Assembly: GCA_021199305.1 (NCBI GenBank)
Contig: JAJQIH010000037.1
Coordinates: 1 to 64,000 of the forward strand
Source: Ruminococcus sp.
GTDB lineage: Bacteria; Bacillota; Clostridia; Oscillospirales; Ruminococcaceae
Direction: 5' to 3'
DNA length: 64,000 nt
Shown here: positions 15,020-24,775 of the stretch, piece after piece
How positions within the stretch are numbered: the stretch's first letter is position 1
How the letters are laid out: every line of letters starts with the position of its first letter
Notes under the pieces: model-generated
The model's database searches: none
Seen by the model: the letters and a program-made list of their open reading frames with translations, nothing else
What the model was told of the DNA's origin: nothing
Program-made: the position numbers and the translations under genes

Positions 15020-16336
15020 ATGTATAGAACCGCAATAGAAAAGCTGCTGAAATGGAAAGAAAGCAAGCACAGCAAGCCGCTTATTATCGAGGGAGCCAGA
15101 CAGGTCGGTAAAACCTGGTTGATGAAGGAGTTCGGAAGGCAGGCTTATTCCAGCACGGTATACATTAACTTTGATTCTAATTCACAAATGGCGGAGCTGT
15201 TTTCGTCTGACCTGGACACAAGCCGCATAATTATGGGATTGGAGCTGTACGCTGGCAGCAAAATAGACCCTGAAAATACGCTTTTGATTTTCGATGAGGT
15301 TCAGGAGGTTCCCAGAGCGCTTTCCTCGCTCAAGTATTTTTGTGAGGACGCTCCTCAATACCATATCGTTTGTGCAGGTTCGCTTTTAGGTATTGCATTG
15401 CATGAGGGTACTTCATTTCCAGTAGGAAAGGTGGATTTTTTAAAGCTTTATCCTCTTTCTTTTGTTGAGTTTTTAATGGCGGTCGGCAAGGAACGCTATG
15501 CAGAATTGCTCGCAAGACGAGATTTCGATATGATTTCCGCTTTTAAACAGACATATATTGACGCTTTGAAGCAATACTATTTTGTAGGCGGTATGCCCGA
15601 GGCTGTTCAAAGCTTCGCAGAGGATAATGATTTTAACGAGGTTCGTGACATTCAAAAACGTATACTTGCGGCTTATGAGCAGGATTTTTCCAAACACGCT
15701 CCTAATGAAATTGTACCGAAAATCCGAATGGTCTGGAACAGTATTCCTTCTCAGCTTGCCAAAGAGAACAAAAAGTTTATTTACGGCCTTGTCCGTGAGG
15801 GAGGACGTGCAAAGGATTACGAAACCGCAATTATGTGGCTGACAGACTGTGGTCTTGTTCATAAGGTCAGCCGTGTTAATGCGGCTGGTATTCCCTTGAA
15901 GGCTTACGAGGATTTAAAAGCGTTCAAGCTGTATGTTGTTGATGTTGGCCTTCTCGGATGTATGACTGGACTTAACCAGCATACATTGTTAGATGGCAAC
16001 GATCTTTTTGTAGAATTTAAAGGAGCATTAACAGAACAATATGTTTGCCAGCAGCTTAAAGCAATTGACAATTTGAATATTTACTATTACACTAACAGCA
16101 GGAACTCGTGCGAAGTTGACTTTGTCGTTGACACAGGAGTTCAGATTGTTCCTGTAGAGGTAAAGGCTGAGGTGAACCTTAAGTCAAAAAGTTTAAAGAC
16201 ATATTGCGAGAAATACTCTCCTCAAATTGCTGTTCGCACTTCAATGGCGGAATACAAAAAAGAAAATTGGCTTTTAAACTTGCCATTGTATGCAATATCC
16301 TGCTTTAATATGGTAGATGACCTTTCCGTTTTGTAA
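15020..16336 (+). CDS. AAA-family ATPase of the DUF4143 type
   Basis: P-loop LIIEGARQVGKTWL; Walker B LLIFDEVQEV; family typically associated with accessory/mobile regions. Start at ATG 15020 (GGAGG 8 nt upstream). Confidence 0.7.
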   Translation: MYRTAIEKLLKWKESKHSKPLIIEGARQVGKTWLMKEFGRQAYSSTVYINFDSNSQMAELFSSDLDTSRIIMGLELYAGSKIDPENTLLIFDEVQEVPRALSSLKYFCEDAPQYHIVCAGSLLGIALHEGTSFPVGKVDFLKLYPLSFVEFLMAVGKERYAELLARRDFDMISAFKQTYIDALKQYYFVGGMPEAVQSFAEDNDFNEVRDIQKRILAAYEQDFSKHAPNEIVPKIRMVWNSIPSQLAKENKKFIYGLVREGGRAKDYETAIMWLTDCGLVHKVSRVNAAGIPLKAYEDLKAFKLYVVDVGLLGCMTGLNQHTLLDGNDLFVEFKGALTEQYVCQQLKAIDNLNIYYYTNSRNSCEVDFVVDTGVQIVPVEVKAEVNLKSKSLKTYCEKYSPQIAVRTSMAEYKKENWLLNLPLYAISCFNMVDDLSVL

Positions 16337-16354
16337 ACTTTCTGTTAAATGTTG

Positions 16355-16383
16355 TTGACTTTGCATTTGAGGTATGATATGAT
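16355..16383 (+). promoter_or_regulatory. Promoter TTGACT-17-TATGAT for the rplU operon
   Basis: Sequence match. Confidence 0.5.
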
Positions 16384-16478
16384 AGTAAAGCCGCATATTG
16401 ACGGTTTATTTAAGTTGCGTAAATTTACGCACACCGTTTAGTAGCGAGACTTATGAAAAAGAGAGGTGCATTTTTAAG
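16384..16478 (+). promoter_or_regulatory. rplU 5' leader (candidate ribosomal-protein L21 leader with palindrome gcgtaaatttacgc)
   Basis: About 95-nt untranslated leader with a stable hairpin; this position is a known autoregulatory site in Firmicutes (inference). Confidence 0.3.
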
Positions 16479-16787
16479 ATGTACGCAGTTATTGAAACAG
16501 GCGGAAAGCAGTATCAGGTAAACGAAGGTGACGTAATCTTCATTGAGAAGCTTCCAGTCGAGGCTGACGAAACAGTAACCTTTGACAAGGTAGTTGCAGT
16601 AGGCGCAGACAGCCTTACAGTAGGAACTCCTTATGTTGACGGCGCAGCTGTTACAGCAAAGGTTTTAAAGAACGGAAAGGCTAAGAAAATTCGTGTGTTC
16701 ACTTACAAGCCAAAGAAGAGCAAGAAGAGAGCAATGGGACACAGACAGCCTTACACACAGGTTAGAATTGAATCTATTAAGGCATAA
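16479..16787 (+). CDS. rplU: 50S ribosomal protein L21
   Basis: [18 protein letters not shown]...; length 102 aa; RBS AGAGAGGTG. Confidence 0.9.
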   Translation: MYAVIETGGKQYQVNEGDVIFIEKLPVEADETVTFDKVVAVGADSLTVGTPYVDGAAVTAKVLKNGKAKKIRVFTYKPKKSKKRAMGHRQPYTQVRIESIKA

Positions 16788-17104
16788 TGGTTAAAGCAGA
16801 TTTTTTCAAAAATTCTGAGAACAAGCTTTTGGGCTTTTGTATTTCAGGACACTCTGACTACGCTGCGATGGGCGACGATGTCGCTTGCGCAAGCATTTCA
16901 AGCGCAGTTATGTTGACAGCGAACGCTATGACTGATATTTTTAAGCTTGACGCAAAGGTCGGAGTACAGGAAAATGAAATTATGCTAAAGCTTAACGGAG
17001 CTGACGATATTGGCGATAAGCTTTTACTTTCGCTTTTGACACAGCTGTATGAAATTCAGCATCAGTATCCGTCAAGCGTTGAAATCACAATTTACGACAG
17101 ATAG
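16787..17104 (+). CDS. prp: Ribosomal-processing cysteine protease Prp
   Basis: Located between rplU and rpmA; GHSDYAAMGDDVACASISS motif. Confidence 0.8.
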   Translation: MVKADFFKNSENKLLGFCISGHSDYAAMGDDVACASISSAVMLTANAMTDIFKLDAKVGVQENEIMLKLNGADDIGDKLLLSLLTQLYEIQHQYPSSVEITIYDR

Positions 17105-17153
17105 GTTGTGGCAGTTTGGCTTACTTTAAGTCAGAAAGGATAGGTAAGTAACG

Positions 17154-17435
17154 ATGATAAGAATTAGTATGCAGTTCTTCGCTCATAAAAAGGGAATGGG
17201 CTCTACAAAGAACGGACGTGACTCAGAATCAAAAAGACTCGGAGTCAAGAGAGCAGACGGACAGTTTGTTCTTTCAGGAAATATCCTTGTTCGCCAGAGA
17301 GGAACAAAGATTCATCCGGGAAACAATGTAGGAAGAGGATCAGACGATACGCTTTTTGCAATGGTTGACGGAGTAGTTAAGTTTGAAAGACTCGGTCGTG
17401 ACCGCAAGCAGGTTTCGGTTTATCCAGAGAACTAA
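17154..17435 (+). CDS. rpmA: 50S ribosomal protein L27 (with Prp-cleaved N-terminal extension)
   Basis: MIRISMQFF|[21 protein letters not shown]... matches the Firmicutes L27 pro-sequence. Confidence 0.9.
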   Translation: MIRISMQFFAHKKGMGSTKNGRDSESKRLGVKRADGQFVLSGNILVRQRGTKIHPGNNVGRGSDDTLFAMVDGVVKFERLGRDRKQVSVYPEN

Positions 17436-17448
17436 TCGTTAAATTTTC

Positions 17449-17484
17449 GACCCCTTAGCGTATTGCTCAGGGGTCTTTGTTTTA
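17449..17484 (+). terminator. Intrinsic terminator after rpmA
   Basis: gacccct...aggggtc hairpin followed by TTTGTTTT. Confidence 0.6.
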
Positions 17485-17508
17485 ATTTCACCCGAACGGA
17501 GGATAGAA

Positions 17509-18783
17509 ATGTTTGTAGATATAGCAAGGGTGTTCGTCAAGGCAGGAGACGGCGGCGACGGAGCAGTTTCATTTCACAGAGAAAAATATGTAGCGGCAGG
17601 TGGTCCTGACGGAGGCGACGGCGGAAAGGGCGGAGATATCGTTTTTGTCGCTGACAGCAATATGTCGAACCTTATAGATTTCAAATACAAGAGAAAGTTT
17701 GTCGCTGAGAAGGGTGAAAATGGAAGCAAGAAAAGATGCTACGGAAAAAACGCCCCCGACCTTATAGTTAAGGTCCCTGTCGGAACTGTTGTGTACGACG
17801 ACGATACAGGCAGAATACTCGCCGACATTTCAGACGATACGCCGCAGGTTATTGCTGTCGGCGGAAAGGGCGGAAAGGGAAACGCTCATTTTGCGACCTC
17901 CACCAGGCAGATTCCAAAATTTGCAAAGCCGGGATTTAAAGGCGATTCCTATAACCTTCGTCTGGAGCTTAAGCTTATAGCGGACGTTGGATTGGTTGGC
18001 TTTCCGAACGTCGGAAAAAGCACGCTTATTTCGGTAGTTTCGGCGGCGAAGCCTAAAATCGCCAACTATCATTTTACAACCCTCACACCTGTTTTAGGCG
18101 TTGTAAAGACAAACGATACTTCATTTGTAATGGCGGATATACCAGGACTTATCGAAGGCGCAAGCGAGGGCGTTGGTTTAGGACACGAGTTTTTGCGACA
18201 CGTTGAAAGATGCCGCCTTATAGTTCACGTTGTAGACGTTTCGGGAAGCGAGGGTCGTGACCCGAAGGAAGATTACGAAACTATCTGTCGGGAGCTTGAA
18301 AACTTTAACGAAGAGCTATGTCAGGTTCCAATGCTTGTAGCTGCCAATAAGTCTGATATGGCAACGTCTGAGCAGCTTGACGACTTCAAGCAGTTTATCG
18401 AGCAAAAGGGACTTGATGTTGTAACAATTTCAGCGGCTACCACAAGCGGCACAGACGAGCTTGTCAATAAAATTTCCCAAATGCTCGCAGCCTTGCCGCC
18501 AGTAAAAAGATACGAGGCTCAGCCGCTTACCCGTGAGGAGCTTGACGAAAAGCTCCTTACAAACAAGGACTTCAGCGTAACGGTTGAGGACGGCGTATAT
18601 TTTGTCGAAGCGGATTGGCTTTACGATATTTTACGAGTTGTCAATATGGACGACTATTCGTCATTGCAGTATTTCCAGAGAGTTTTGCAAACGAGCGGAA
18701 TAATTGATAAGCTTGAGCAAATGGGAATCAACGAGGGCGATACGGTTGCAATTTTCGATTTTGAATTTGAATATATGAGGTAG
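17509..18783 (+). CDS. obg: GTPase Obg
   Basis: MFVDIARVFVKAGDGGDGAVSFHREKYV...GGPDGGDGGKGGDIVF; G-domain GFPNVGKST. Confidence 0.9.
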   Translation: MFVDIARVFVKAGDGGDGAVSFHREKYVAAGGPDGGDGGKGGDIVFVADSNMSNLIDFKYKRKFVAEKGENGSKKRCYGKNAPDLIVKVPVGTVVYDDDTGRILADISDDTPQVIAVGGKGGKGNAHFATSTRQIPKFAKPGFKGDSYNLRLELKLIADVGLVGFPNVGKSTLISVVSAAKPKIANYHFTTLTPVLGVVKTNDTSFVMADIPGLIEGASEGVGLGHEFLRHVERCRLIVHVVDVSGSEGRDPKEDYETICRELENFNEELCQVPMLVAANKSDMATSEQLDDFKQFIEQKGLDVVTISAATTSGTDELVNKISQMLAALPPVKRYEAQPLTREELDEKLLTNKDFSVTVEDGVYFVEADWLYDILRVVNMDDYSSLQYFQRVLQTSGIIDKLEQMGINEGDTVAIFDFEFEYMR

Positions 18784-18823
18784 TTCTCACTTTATTTCTT
18801 TATATAATAAGGAGAAGCAAAAA

Positions 18824-19216
18824 ATGGAGAAAAGAGAAGCGAAGCAGTATTCGCCGCTGGCGCTTGCCTTTTTAGGCGACGCTGTTTATGAGCGGAAGGT
18901 ACGGCTGCATCTTGTAAAAAAAGCTAATATGTCCGCTGGAAAGCTTCACAAAAAGGGAGTTCATCTGGTAAACGCTCACTTTCAGGCCGCTTGCGCTAAA
19001 GCGTTGGAGGAAACCTTCACTCAGGATGAAGCTGACATTTTCAGGCGAGGCAGAAACGCCAAAAGCTTAACCGTTCCAAAGCATACAGATGTAGCGGTTT
19101 ATAAGCTTGCAACAGGGCTTGAAGCGCTGTTTGGATATTTAGAGCTTATCGGCGACGAGCAAAGAATTGATGAGCTTTTTGCCGCCTGTTTAAAGCTCGA
19201 TAAAGAGGAAATCTGA
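18824..19216 (+). CDS. mrnC: Mini-ribonuclease 3
   Basis: LALAFLGDAVYERKVRLHLV; about 130 aa; directly follows obg. Confidence 0.65.
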   Translation: MEKREAKQYSPLALAFLGDAVYERKVRLHLVKKANMSAGKLHKKGVHLVNAHFQAACAKALEETFTQDEADIFRRGRNAKSLTVPKHTDVAVYKLATGLEALFGYLELIGDEQRIDELFAACLKLDKEEI

Positions 19217-19218
19217 GA

Positions 19219-19257
19219 AAACGTCCCTTATCTTACAAAAGACAGGGACGTTTTTAA
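19219..19257. terminator. Bidirectional terminator hairpin
   Basis: aaacgtccct...agggacgttttt. Confidence 0.6.
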
Positions 19258-19263
19258 TTTGCC

Positions 19264-19719
19264 TTATAAAAATCTGCGAATATCCTTAGCGAGCGTTTCC
19301 TCAAGGCTTATCAAATCCTTTGTTATGCTTTTCGACTGCTCGTCAGCCGCTTTGTACTGGTTGAGGTATCGGCTTAGCGTTTTAACCCCCATATTGCAAC
19401 CCTCAGTCATCAGATCGGCAATCGTTTCATCGGAATCGTTCATTGCAAGCTTCATAGCTACCTTTGCTTTCGACATAGTTTTCGCCATAGCGCCAGGCGA
19501 CTTTTCATCATCTCCGTAGCGGTTTAAAATCTCGCTGATTTTTTTATCAAGCACTAAGTGCTTGTCCTTACAGTCGGAAAGGCTTTTCTTTAAGCTGTCG
19601 CTTTGCACAGAGTCTAATACATTCTCAATCGACTCCGTACCCATTTGTACGCCTGAGCTGCATTCCCGCAAAAGTCGTATGGTATCCTGCTCAATCATAT
19701 TCTTTCCCCTAGCTTTCAA
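19264..19719 (-). CDS. Hypothetical protein co-transcribed with spoVT
   Basis: 11-nt overlap with spoVT; no recognisable motifs. Confidence 0.4.
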   Translation of the reverse strand: MKARGKNMIEQDTIRLLRECSSGVQMGTESIENVLDSVQSDSLKKSLSDCKDKHLVLDKKISEILNRYGDDEKSPGAMAKTMSKAKVAMKLAMNDSDETIADLMTEGCNMGVKTLSRYLNQYKAADEQSKSITKDLISLEETLAKDIRRFL

Positions 19720-20242
19720 TCTGCTTTCCCAGAAACATAGCAGCCGCCTTTGTAAGCATCAGATGCTTGTCGTTTGCTTTTTGCTCGCTGTCGCTTTCGA
19801 CAAACGCCACAGCTCCCGTTACATCTCCCGATGAAATAATCGGCGTTATCGCCAGGGCCGATTTTGAAATTCCCTCAATAGGCATAAGCTTGTCGCCGTT
19901 TTTAATATATGTGCTTCTGCTTTCAATCAGGTCCTCAAGCTCTGCGGAAACTCTTCTTTCGCTGTATTCCTTTTTTGAAGTTCCTGCAACTGCAACCACA
20001 TGATCTCTGTCAAAAACCACAGCAGGTGCGCCGCCAAGCTTGAAAATTACCTCTGCTGCGGAGCTTGCAGCTTCGTTTATCTCGCCGATTGACGAATACT
20101 TTTTAAATATTACCTCGCCCTCGCTGTTTACAAAAATTTCCAGAGGATCTCCCTCACGGATCCGAAGCGTTCGCCTTATCTCTTTTGGAATTACAACCCT
20201 TCCGAGATCGTCAATACGCCTTACTATTCCCGTTGCTTTCAT
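19709..20242 (-). CDS. spoVT: Stage V sporulation protein T (AbrB-type N-terminal domain plus GAF domain)
   Basis: MKATGIVRRIDDLGRVVIPKEIRRTLRIREGDPLEIFV..EGEVIFKKYS. Confidence 0.85.
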   Translation of the reverse strand: MKATGIVRRIDDLGRVVIPKEIRRTLRIREGDPLEIFVNSEGEVIFKKYSSIGEINEAASSAAEVIFKLGGAPAVVFDRDHVVAVAGTSKKEYSERRVSAELEDLIESRSTYIKNGDKLMPIEGISKSALAITPIISSGDVTGAVAFVESDSEQKANDKHLMLTKAAAMFLGKQIES

Positions 20243-20474
20243 ATCTTAATCTCCTTTGCTTTTTATCATTTGTAAATCTATTATCTGCAATGAACAAAGG
20301 AATATTCCAAAATTTAAAATTTGTGAGACAGAAGGGGAGCGAAAATTCAGAATTTTTTACCAGCCGCTTGTATATTTTGCCAGCCACATATTGCAAAAAA
20401 TTACATTTTTGTGTTCAGTTGTTACGAGCTTGTCCCGCACCTTACAAAAGCTGTCCGTTTTGAACCCCTCGTTG

Positions 20475-20503
20475 TTGACACAAATAAAAAATTATGGTAT
20501 TAT
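20475..20503 (+). promoter_or_regulatory. Promoter TTGACA-17-(TGg)TATTAT for the cps regulatory genes
   Basis: Sequence match with extended -10. Confidence 0.5.
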
Positions 20504-20533
20504 ATTTGGTACGAACTATTTTGATTAGGAGTT

Positions 20534-21286
20534 GTGCAAATGGATAAAGATGTGAAAACCATTGACCTGAAAAACATATATCAAATGCTTTTGAAGCACA
20601 TAAAATTCATCATAATCCTTACTCTAGTATGTGGTGTTCTGGCGTACATTATTTCCGCATTTTTCATCACTAAGGAATACACTTCAAGCGTTATGTTATA
20701 TGTTCAGTCCAATGAAGAAATTTCTTCAGACACATCCTCAGGCTCAGTAAGCTACAGCGACCTGCAAACCTCTGAAAAGCTTGCAAGTACCTGTCAGACA
20801 CTTTTTACGAGCAAGAAGATGACAAGCCTTATACTTGAGGACCTGGCTGAGGACTATAACGTAACACAGTATTCTGACGCCAGTGTTCAGAGCTGGATTA
20901 CTGTAACGGCTGTTGAGGATACTTCAATTCTTGAAGTAAGCGTTACAACAACCGACCCTGACCTTTCCGCCGCAGTGGCGCAAAGCCTTGATTTAAACGC
21001 TCATGAGGTTTATTCCTCGATTGTTGAATCGGGCGTTGTAAAGGAAGTTGTTCAGGCTGAGGTTCCTACCTCTCATTCCTACCCGAACATTCCAAGAAAT
21101 ACACTTTTAGGACTTGTAGTAGGATTTGTTTTAGGCTGTGCAATTATTATCATTCTTGAAATGGTTGACAACAAGATCAAGCCGAACGATGATTTGCTTG
21201 CAATGTACGGTATTCCAATGTTTGCTGAAATTGTTGACTTTGACGCTAATATAAAAGGAGGTTATAACTATGAGTACAAAAACTAA
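20534..21286 (+). CDS. Capsular polysaccharide chain-length determinant (Wzz/CpsC-like transmembrane modulator)
   Basis: N-terminal TM, Wzz-like region YTSSVMLYVQ, second TM near the C-terminus. Confidence 0.7.
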   Translation: MQMDKDVKTIDLKNIYQMLLKHIKFIIILTLVCGVLAYIISAFFITKEYTSSVMLYVQSNEEISSDTSSGSVSYSDLQTSEKLASTCQTLFTSKKMTSLILEDLAEDYNVTQYSDASVQSWITVTAVEDTSILEVSVTTTDPDLSAAVAQSLDLNAHEVYSSIVESGVVKEVVQAEVPTSHSYPNIPRNTLLGLVVGFVLGCAIIIILEMVDNKIKPNDDLLAMYGIPMFAEIVDFDANIKGGYNYEYKN

Positions 21287-22034
21287 AAAGTCCTCCGACG
21301 CTAAGTTAAGACAATCAAAATCTCAGTCGAGAAAGTATATTTTAAACGACGGTACCAAGTTTATTATTACCGAAGCGTATAACACAGCGAGAACCAATCT
21401 TATCTTTGCGCTTTCACAAACGGATAATAAGGCGATTTCTTTTACCTCTTCAGGCTCTGCGGAGGGAAAGAGTACAACCTGTCTTAATATGGCGATTACA
21501 TTCGCTTCAACCGGCGCTAAGGTACTGCTTATTGATATGGACCTTAGAAAGCCTGTACAGCATTCGCTGCTAAAGATAAATCGTTCTGTCGGAACAAGCA
21601 CCATTCTTAGCGGTCAATGCACCGTTTCAGAAGCAATCGTCAAGGAGGTAAGACCTAACCTTGACGTTATTCCTGCCGGACCTATTCCGCCAAACCCGTC
21701 GGAAATCTTGTCCTCACCAAATACAGGAAAGCTTATCGAGGTTCTTCGCTCTCATTACGATTATATTCTGATTGACACACCTCCTGTAAATGTTGTTACC
21801 GACTCTCAGCTTTTAAACAACTATATCGCAGGAACAGTATTTATCCTCAGAGATAATTATTCAAGACACAATGAACTTGCAAGAGCGCTTGAGCAGATCA
21901 AGCTTGCTAACGGAAAGGTTTTAGGCTTTATTAAAACTGCTTGCGAGGTTTCAGGCGGTTCCGGTTATTACAAGAAGAGCTACTACAATTACAACTATTC
22001 ATATTCTGAGCCTGCCGACCATAAGCATTCCTAG
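21270..22034 (+). CDS. BY-kinase (CpsD/CapB-type tyrosine protein kinase)
   Basis: Walker A SSGSAEGKSTT; LLIDMDLRKP; C-terminal tyrosine cluster YYKKSYYNYNYSYS; 17-nt overlap with the upstream gene. Confidence 0.8.
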   Translation: MSTKTKKSSDAKLRQSKSQSRKYILNDGTKFIITEAYNTARTNLIFALSQTDNKAISFTSSGSAEGKSTTCLNMAITFASTGAKVLLIDMDLRKPVQHSLLKINRSVGTSTILSGQCTVSEAIVKEVRPNLDVIPAGPIPPNPSEILSSPNTGKLIEVLRSHYDYILIDTPPVNVVTDSQLLNNYIAGTVFILRDNYSRHNELARALEQIKLANGKVLGFIKTACEVSGGSGYYKKSYYNYNYSYSEPADHKHS

Positions 22035-22067
22035 TAGCGAGGCTAAAAGCTTAAAAGAAGTGGTATT

Positions 22068-22784
22068 ATGATTATTGATTTTCATTCCCATATTTTGCCG
22101 TCACTTGACGACGGCTCGGCGTCTGTTGAGGAGTCGGTTAGGCTGCTTGATATTTTAGCTCAAAGTGGTACTGAGCTGGTAGTTGCGACGCCGCACTTTT
22201 ACTGCCACGAAATTTCAGCTGAAAGATTTTTGGCGGCAAGGAATGAATCTTTTGAACGCTTGAAGCCGCACCTGAAGCCGAACCATCCGAAAATTCTGCT
22301 CGGCGCAGAGGTTTTGTTTTCAAGCGAGCTTAAAAAATTAAGCGAGCTTAAAAAGCTCACCATTCAGGGTACCAATTATTTGCTGCTTGAAATGCCATAT
22401 ATCAGGCTTTCAAAGCAGATTACAGACAGCGTTTCGGAGCTTGCAGATTCGGGCGTTGTAAAGCTTCTGATAGCTCACGTTGAGCGGTATTTGAACTTTA
22501 CAAGCTTTGAGGACGTAGACGAGCTGATGTCGCTTGACGTTTTAGGTCAGCTTAACGCAAATTCGTTTTTAAGCTTTAAGACCAAAAGAAACTGCTTCAA
22601 GCTGATGAACAAGGGTTATATTCAGGTGCTCGGAAGCGATATTCACCACGAGGACAGAGGTAAGCCTGTTTCGATGGCGCTCGATATAATTTCCAAAAAA
22701 TACGGAAGCGAACGAGTAGCGCAATTTGAAAGCAGCGGCATAAAGCTTTTAAACGATATGGAAACCTACGAAGTAATGGAATAA
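22068..22784 (+). CDS. PHP-family tyrosine-protein phosphatase (CpsB/YwqE type)
   Basis: MIIDFHSHILPSLDDGS...ATPHF. Confidence 0.8.
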   Translation: MIIDFHSHILPSLDDGSASVEESVRLLDILAQSGTELVVATPHFYCHEISAERFLAARNESFERLKPHLKPNHPKILLGAEVLFSSELKKLSELKKLTIQGTNYLLLEMPYIRLSKQITDSVSELADSGVVKLLIAHVERYLNFTSFEDVDELMSLDVLGQLNANSFLSFKTKRNCFKLMNKGYIQVLGSDIHHEDRGKPVSMALDIISKKYGSERVAQFESSGIKLLNDMETYEVME

Positions 22785-22791
22785 TAAATCA

Positions 22792-22827
22792 AAATATCCC
22801 CCGCCAACAGCAGGGGATATTTTTTTA
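22792..22827 (+). terminator. Intrinsic terminator after the cps module
   Basis: aatatccccc...ggggatattttttt. Confidence 0.6.
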
Positions 22828-22830
22828 CTG

Positions 22831-22871
22831 AAAAACCGCTATGAGAGGTAAATCCCATAGCGGTAATTTTT
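22831..22871 (-). terminator. Terminator for the convergent GGDEF gene
   Basis: ccgctatg...catagcgg hairpin with flanking T-run on the minus strand. Confidence 0.5.
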
Positions 22872-22873
22872 GT

Positions 22874-24775
22874 CTATTCAGTTTCAGTTCGCTTGTGCCG
22901 GTCTGGTTTTGAAAACTTATTGACATACATCAGTTCGTCTGCAATTCTTTCAAGCTGGTTAAGCGTTGTATTCTTGTCAATGTCGCATACAACATAACCG
23001 GTAGAAGCCGCTACCTTGTATTTGTTATTGTTGGCAAGATTATATCTGTCGAGATACTTTTCAAACTGACTGATAGTTTCCTTAACGACCGTGTCGTTGT
23101 AGTCGCCGTAGCCGATAACCATAAATTCGTCACCGCCGACCCTTGCGCAAATCTCATTGCTAAGACAAACGTAGCTCAGACCGTTTGCAATAATTCTGAG
23201 CGATACGTCGCCTTCAAGATGTCCGAAGGTGTCGTTTACGTACTTAAGTCCGTCCATATCGCAGGATATAAGCATAAGCTTTTTTCCGGTTTCCTTAGCC
23301 GCTTGCATAAACTCATCAGCGTATTTTTCAAAACCGCTTCGGTTGTAAATGCCAGTAAGCTTATCCTTGATTGAATTTAAATATGTGATGCGGTTTAAGC
23401 TTTCAAGACAGATTCTTACACGTCTGAATTCTATAGCGTTTGTAACCGCCTTGTGCCAATCCCAGAAGGTTCTTCCGCAAACGTCTACGTGACCGTCGTA
23501 CCATACAACAGAGTAGCCTAAGCATCTGTCGTTAAAGTGAACAGGGAAGAAGTAGTAGATGCTTGAATAATCCTTTTCCTCCCACATCAGCGGGTAAATC
23601 TCGTTGGGGTCAAAATCAAAGCGTTCCTCTAAGTCCTTGCAAACCGACTGTACAACCTTTCCATAGCCTTTTGTGATATAATTTTCATCGCTTGCCATAG
23701 AATCCCAATCCTTGCAAAGGCAAAGATCGTACTTGCATTCCTTCTTGCCGGCAGCGAAGGTGTAAATCGTCTGTCCAAGATAGGTGATAAAGTCGTTGAA
23801 GGTATCGGTTCTTGAAAGGTTTTCAAAAACGTTAGCCGTTCTGAAATACTCACGTCTGTTTTGCTCGATTCTTGTATTCTGACGCATGATTCTGACTTTT
23901 GTAGAATTGTCTTCAAGACAGCCGCAGCTTTCGCCACGAATAACAAAGCCAGAGTGCAGATTAATCGTTTCACATTTCTTTCCAGTCATCAGCTCGTAAA
24001 GCTTGGAAAAACCGTCTGCGCCAAGCTGAGCGTCAGGACCCTTATATGTACAGATTGTAGGTACGTTATCTCTTGATTCGGTAATTCCGTCATAGCCAAC
24101 TACTGCTATTTCTTCAGGAACCTTGTGACCAAGCTCTGTAAATCTTTCGATGAAAAACATTGCCATTCTGTCGTTTGCGCAAACGAGCGCCTGCGGAACA
24201 GCCATTTCACCTCTGTCCATTTTCTCCGCTAAATCCCACGCAACGTCGCTCCAGTAGTCGCCGTAAATGCAATGATCCTCCCGTACCTCAATGTTATGCT
24301 CTCTCAGAGTTTCCTTATAAGCTTCAAGTCGCTCCTCCGCCTGGAAGGTATCCTTTCTTCCTGTCAGGCACATAATATCGGTAAGTCCGTGAACGTCAAT
24401 AAGGTGGTTGACAACCTCTTTGAAAGGCTGCCTTTCATCTCTCAATACTGCAGTATAGTCAGTTTCATCATTATCTATTGTAACGACAGGCTTGCCTGTT
24501 GATTTTAAAATATCAGAAATCTGCTGCCGCATATCAGAGTCGTTAAACATAGCAGCAGGGTATAAAAATCCGTCAAATTTATCAGCGTTTATAAGGCTGA
24601 AAATATTCATTTCCCCTTCGTGGTAGTCCTTGTTGTATGTGTTTTCGTCAAACACGCAAAAAACCGCAACATCATAGTCCATTTTGAAAGCCTGCGTTGC
24701 TGCACCCTCTATAATCTCTCTCGGGTACGCTTCGTCAATGCTCCTCGCTACGATGCCGATACAAGGTCTTTTCAA
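22874..24775 (-). CDS. Diguanylate cyclase with N-terminal periplasmic-binding-protein/LacI-like sugar-sensor domain
   Basis: C-terminal GGDEF domain (RVGGDEFMVI, GIYNRSGF...DMDGLKYVND); N-terminal PBP-like fold (IGIVARSIDEAYPREI...). Confidence 0.75.
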   Translation of the reverse strand: MKRPCIGIVARSIDEAYPREIIEGAATQAFKMDYDVAVFCVFDENTYNKDYHEGEMNIFSLINADKFDGFLYPAAMFNDSDMRQQISDILKSTGKPVVTIDNDETDYTAVLRDERQPFKEVVNHLIDVHGLTDIMCLTGRKDTFQAEERLEAYKETLREHNIEVREDHCIYGDYWSDVAWDLAEKMDRGEMAVPQALVCANDRMAMFFIERFTELGHKVPEEIAVVGYDGITESRDNVPTICTYKGPDAQLGADGFSKLYELMTGKKCETINLHSGFVIRGESCGCLEDNSTKVRIMRQNTRIEQNRREYFRTANVFENLSRTDTFNDFITYLGQTIYTFAAGKKECKYDLCLCKDWDSMASDENYITKGYGKVVQSVCKDLEERFDFDPNEIYPLMWEEKDYSSIYYFFPVHFNDRCLGYSVVWYDGHVDVCGRTFWDWHKAVTNAIEFRRVRICLESLNRITYLNSIKDKLTGIYNRSGFEKYADEFMQAAKETGKKLMLISCDMDGLKYVNDTFGHLEGDVSLRIIANGLSYVCLSNEICARVGGDEFMVIGYGDYNDTVVKETISQFEKYLDRYNLANNNKYKVAASTGYVVCDIDKNTTLNQLERIADELMYVNKFSKPDRHKRTETE

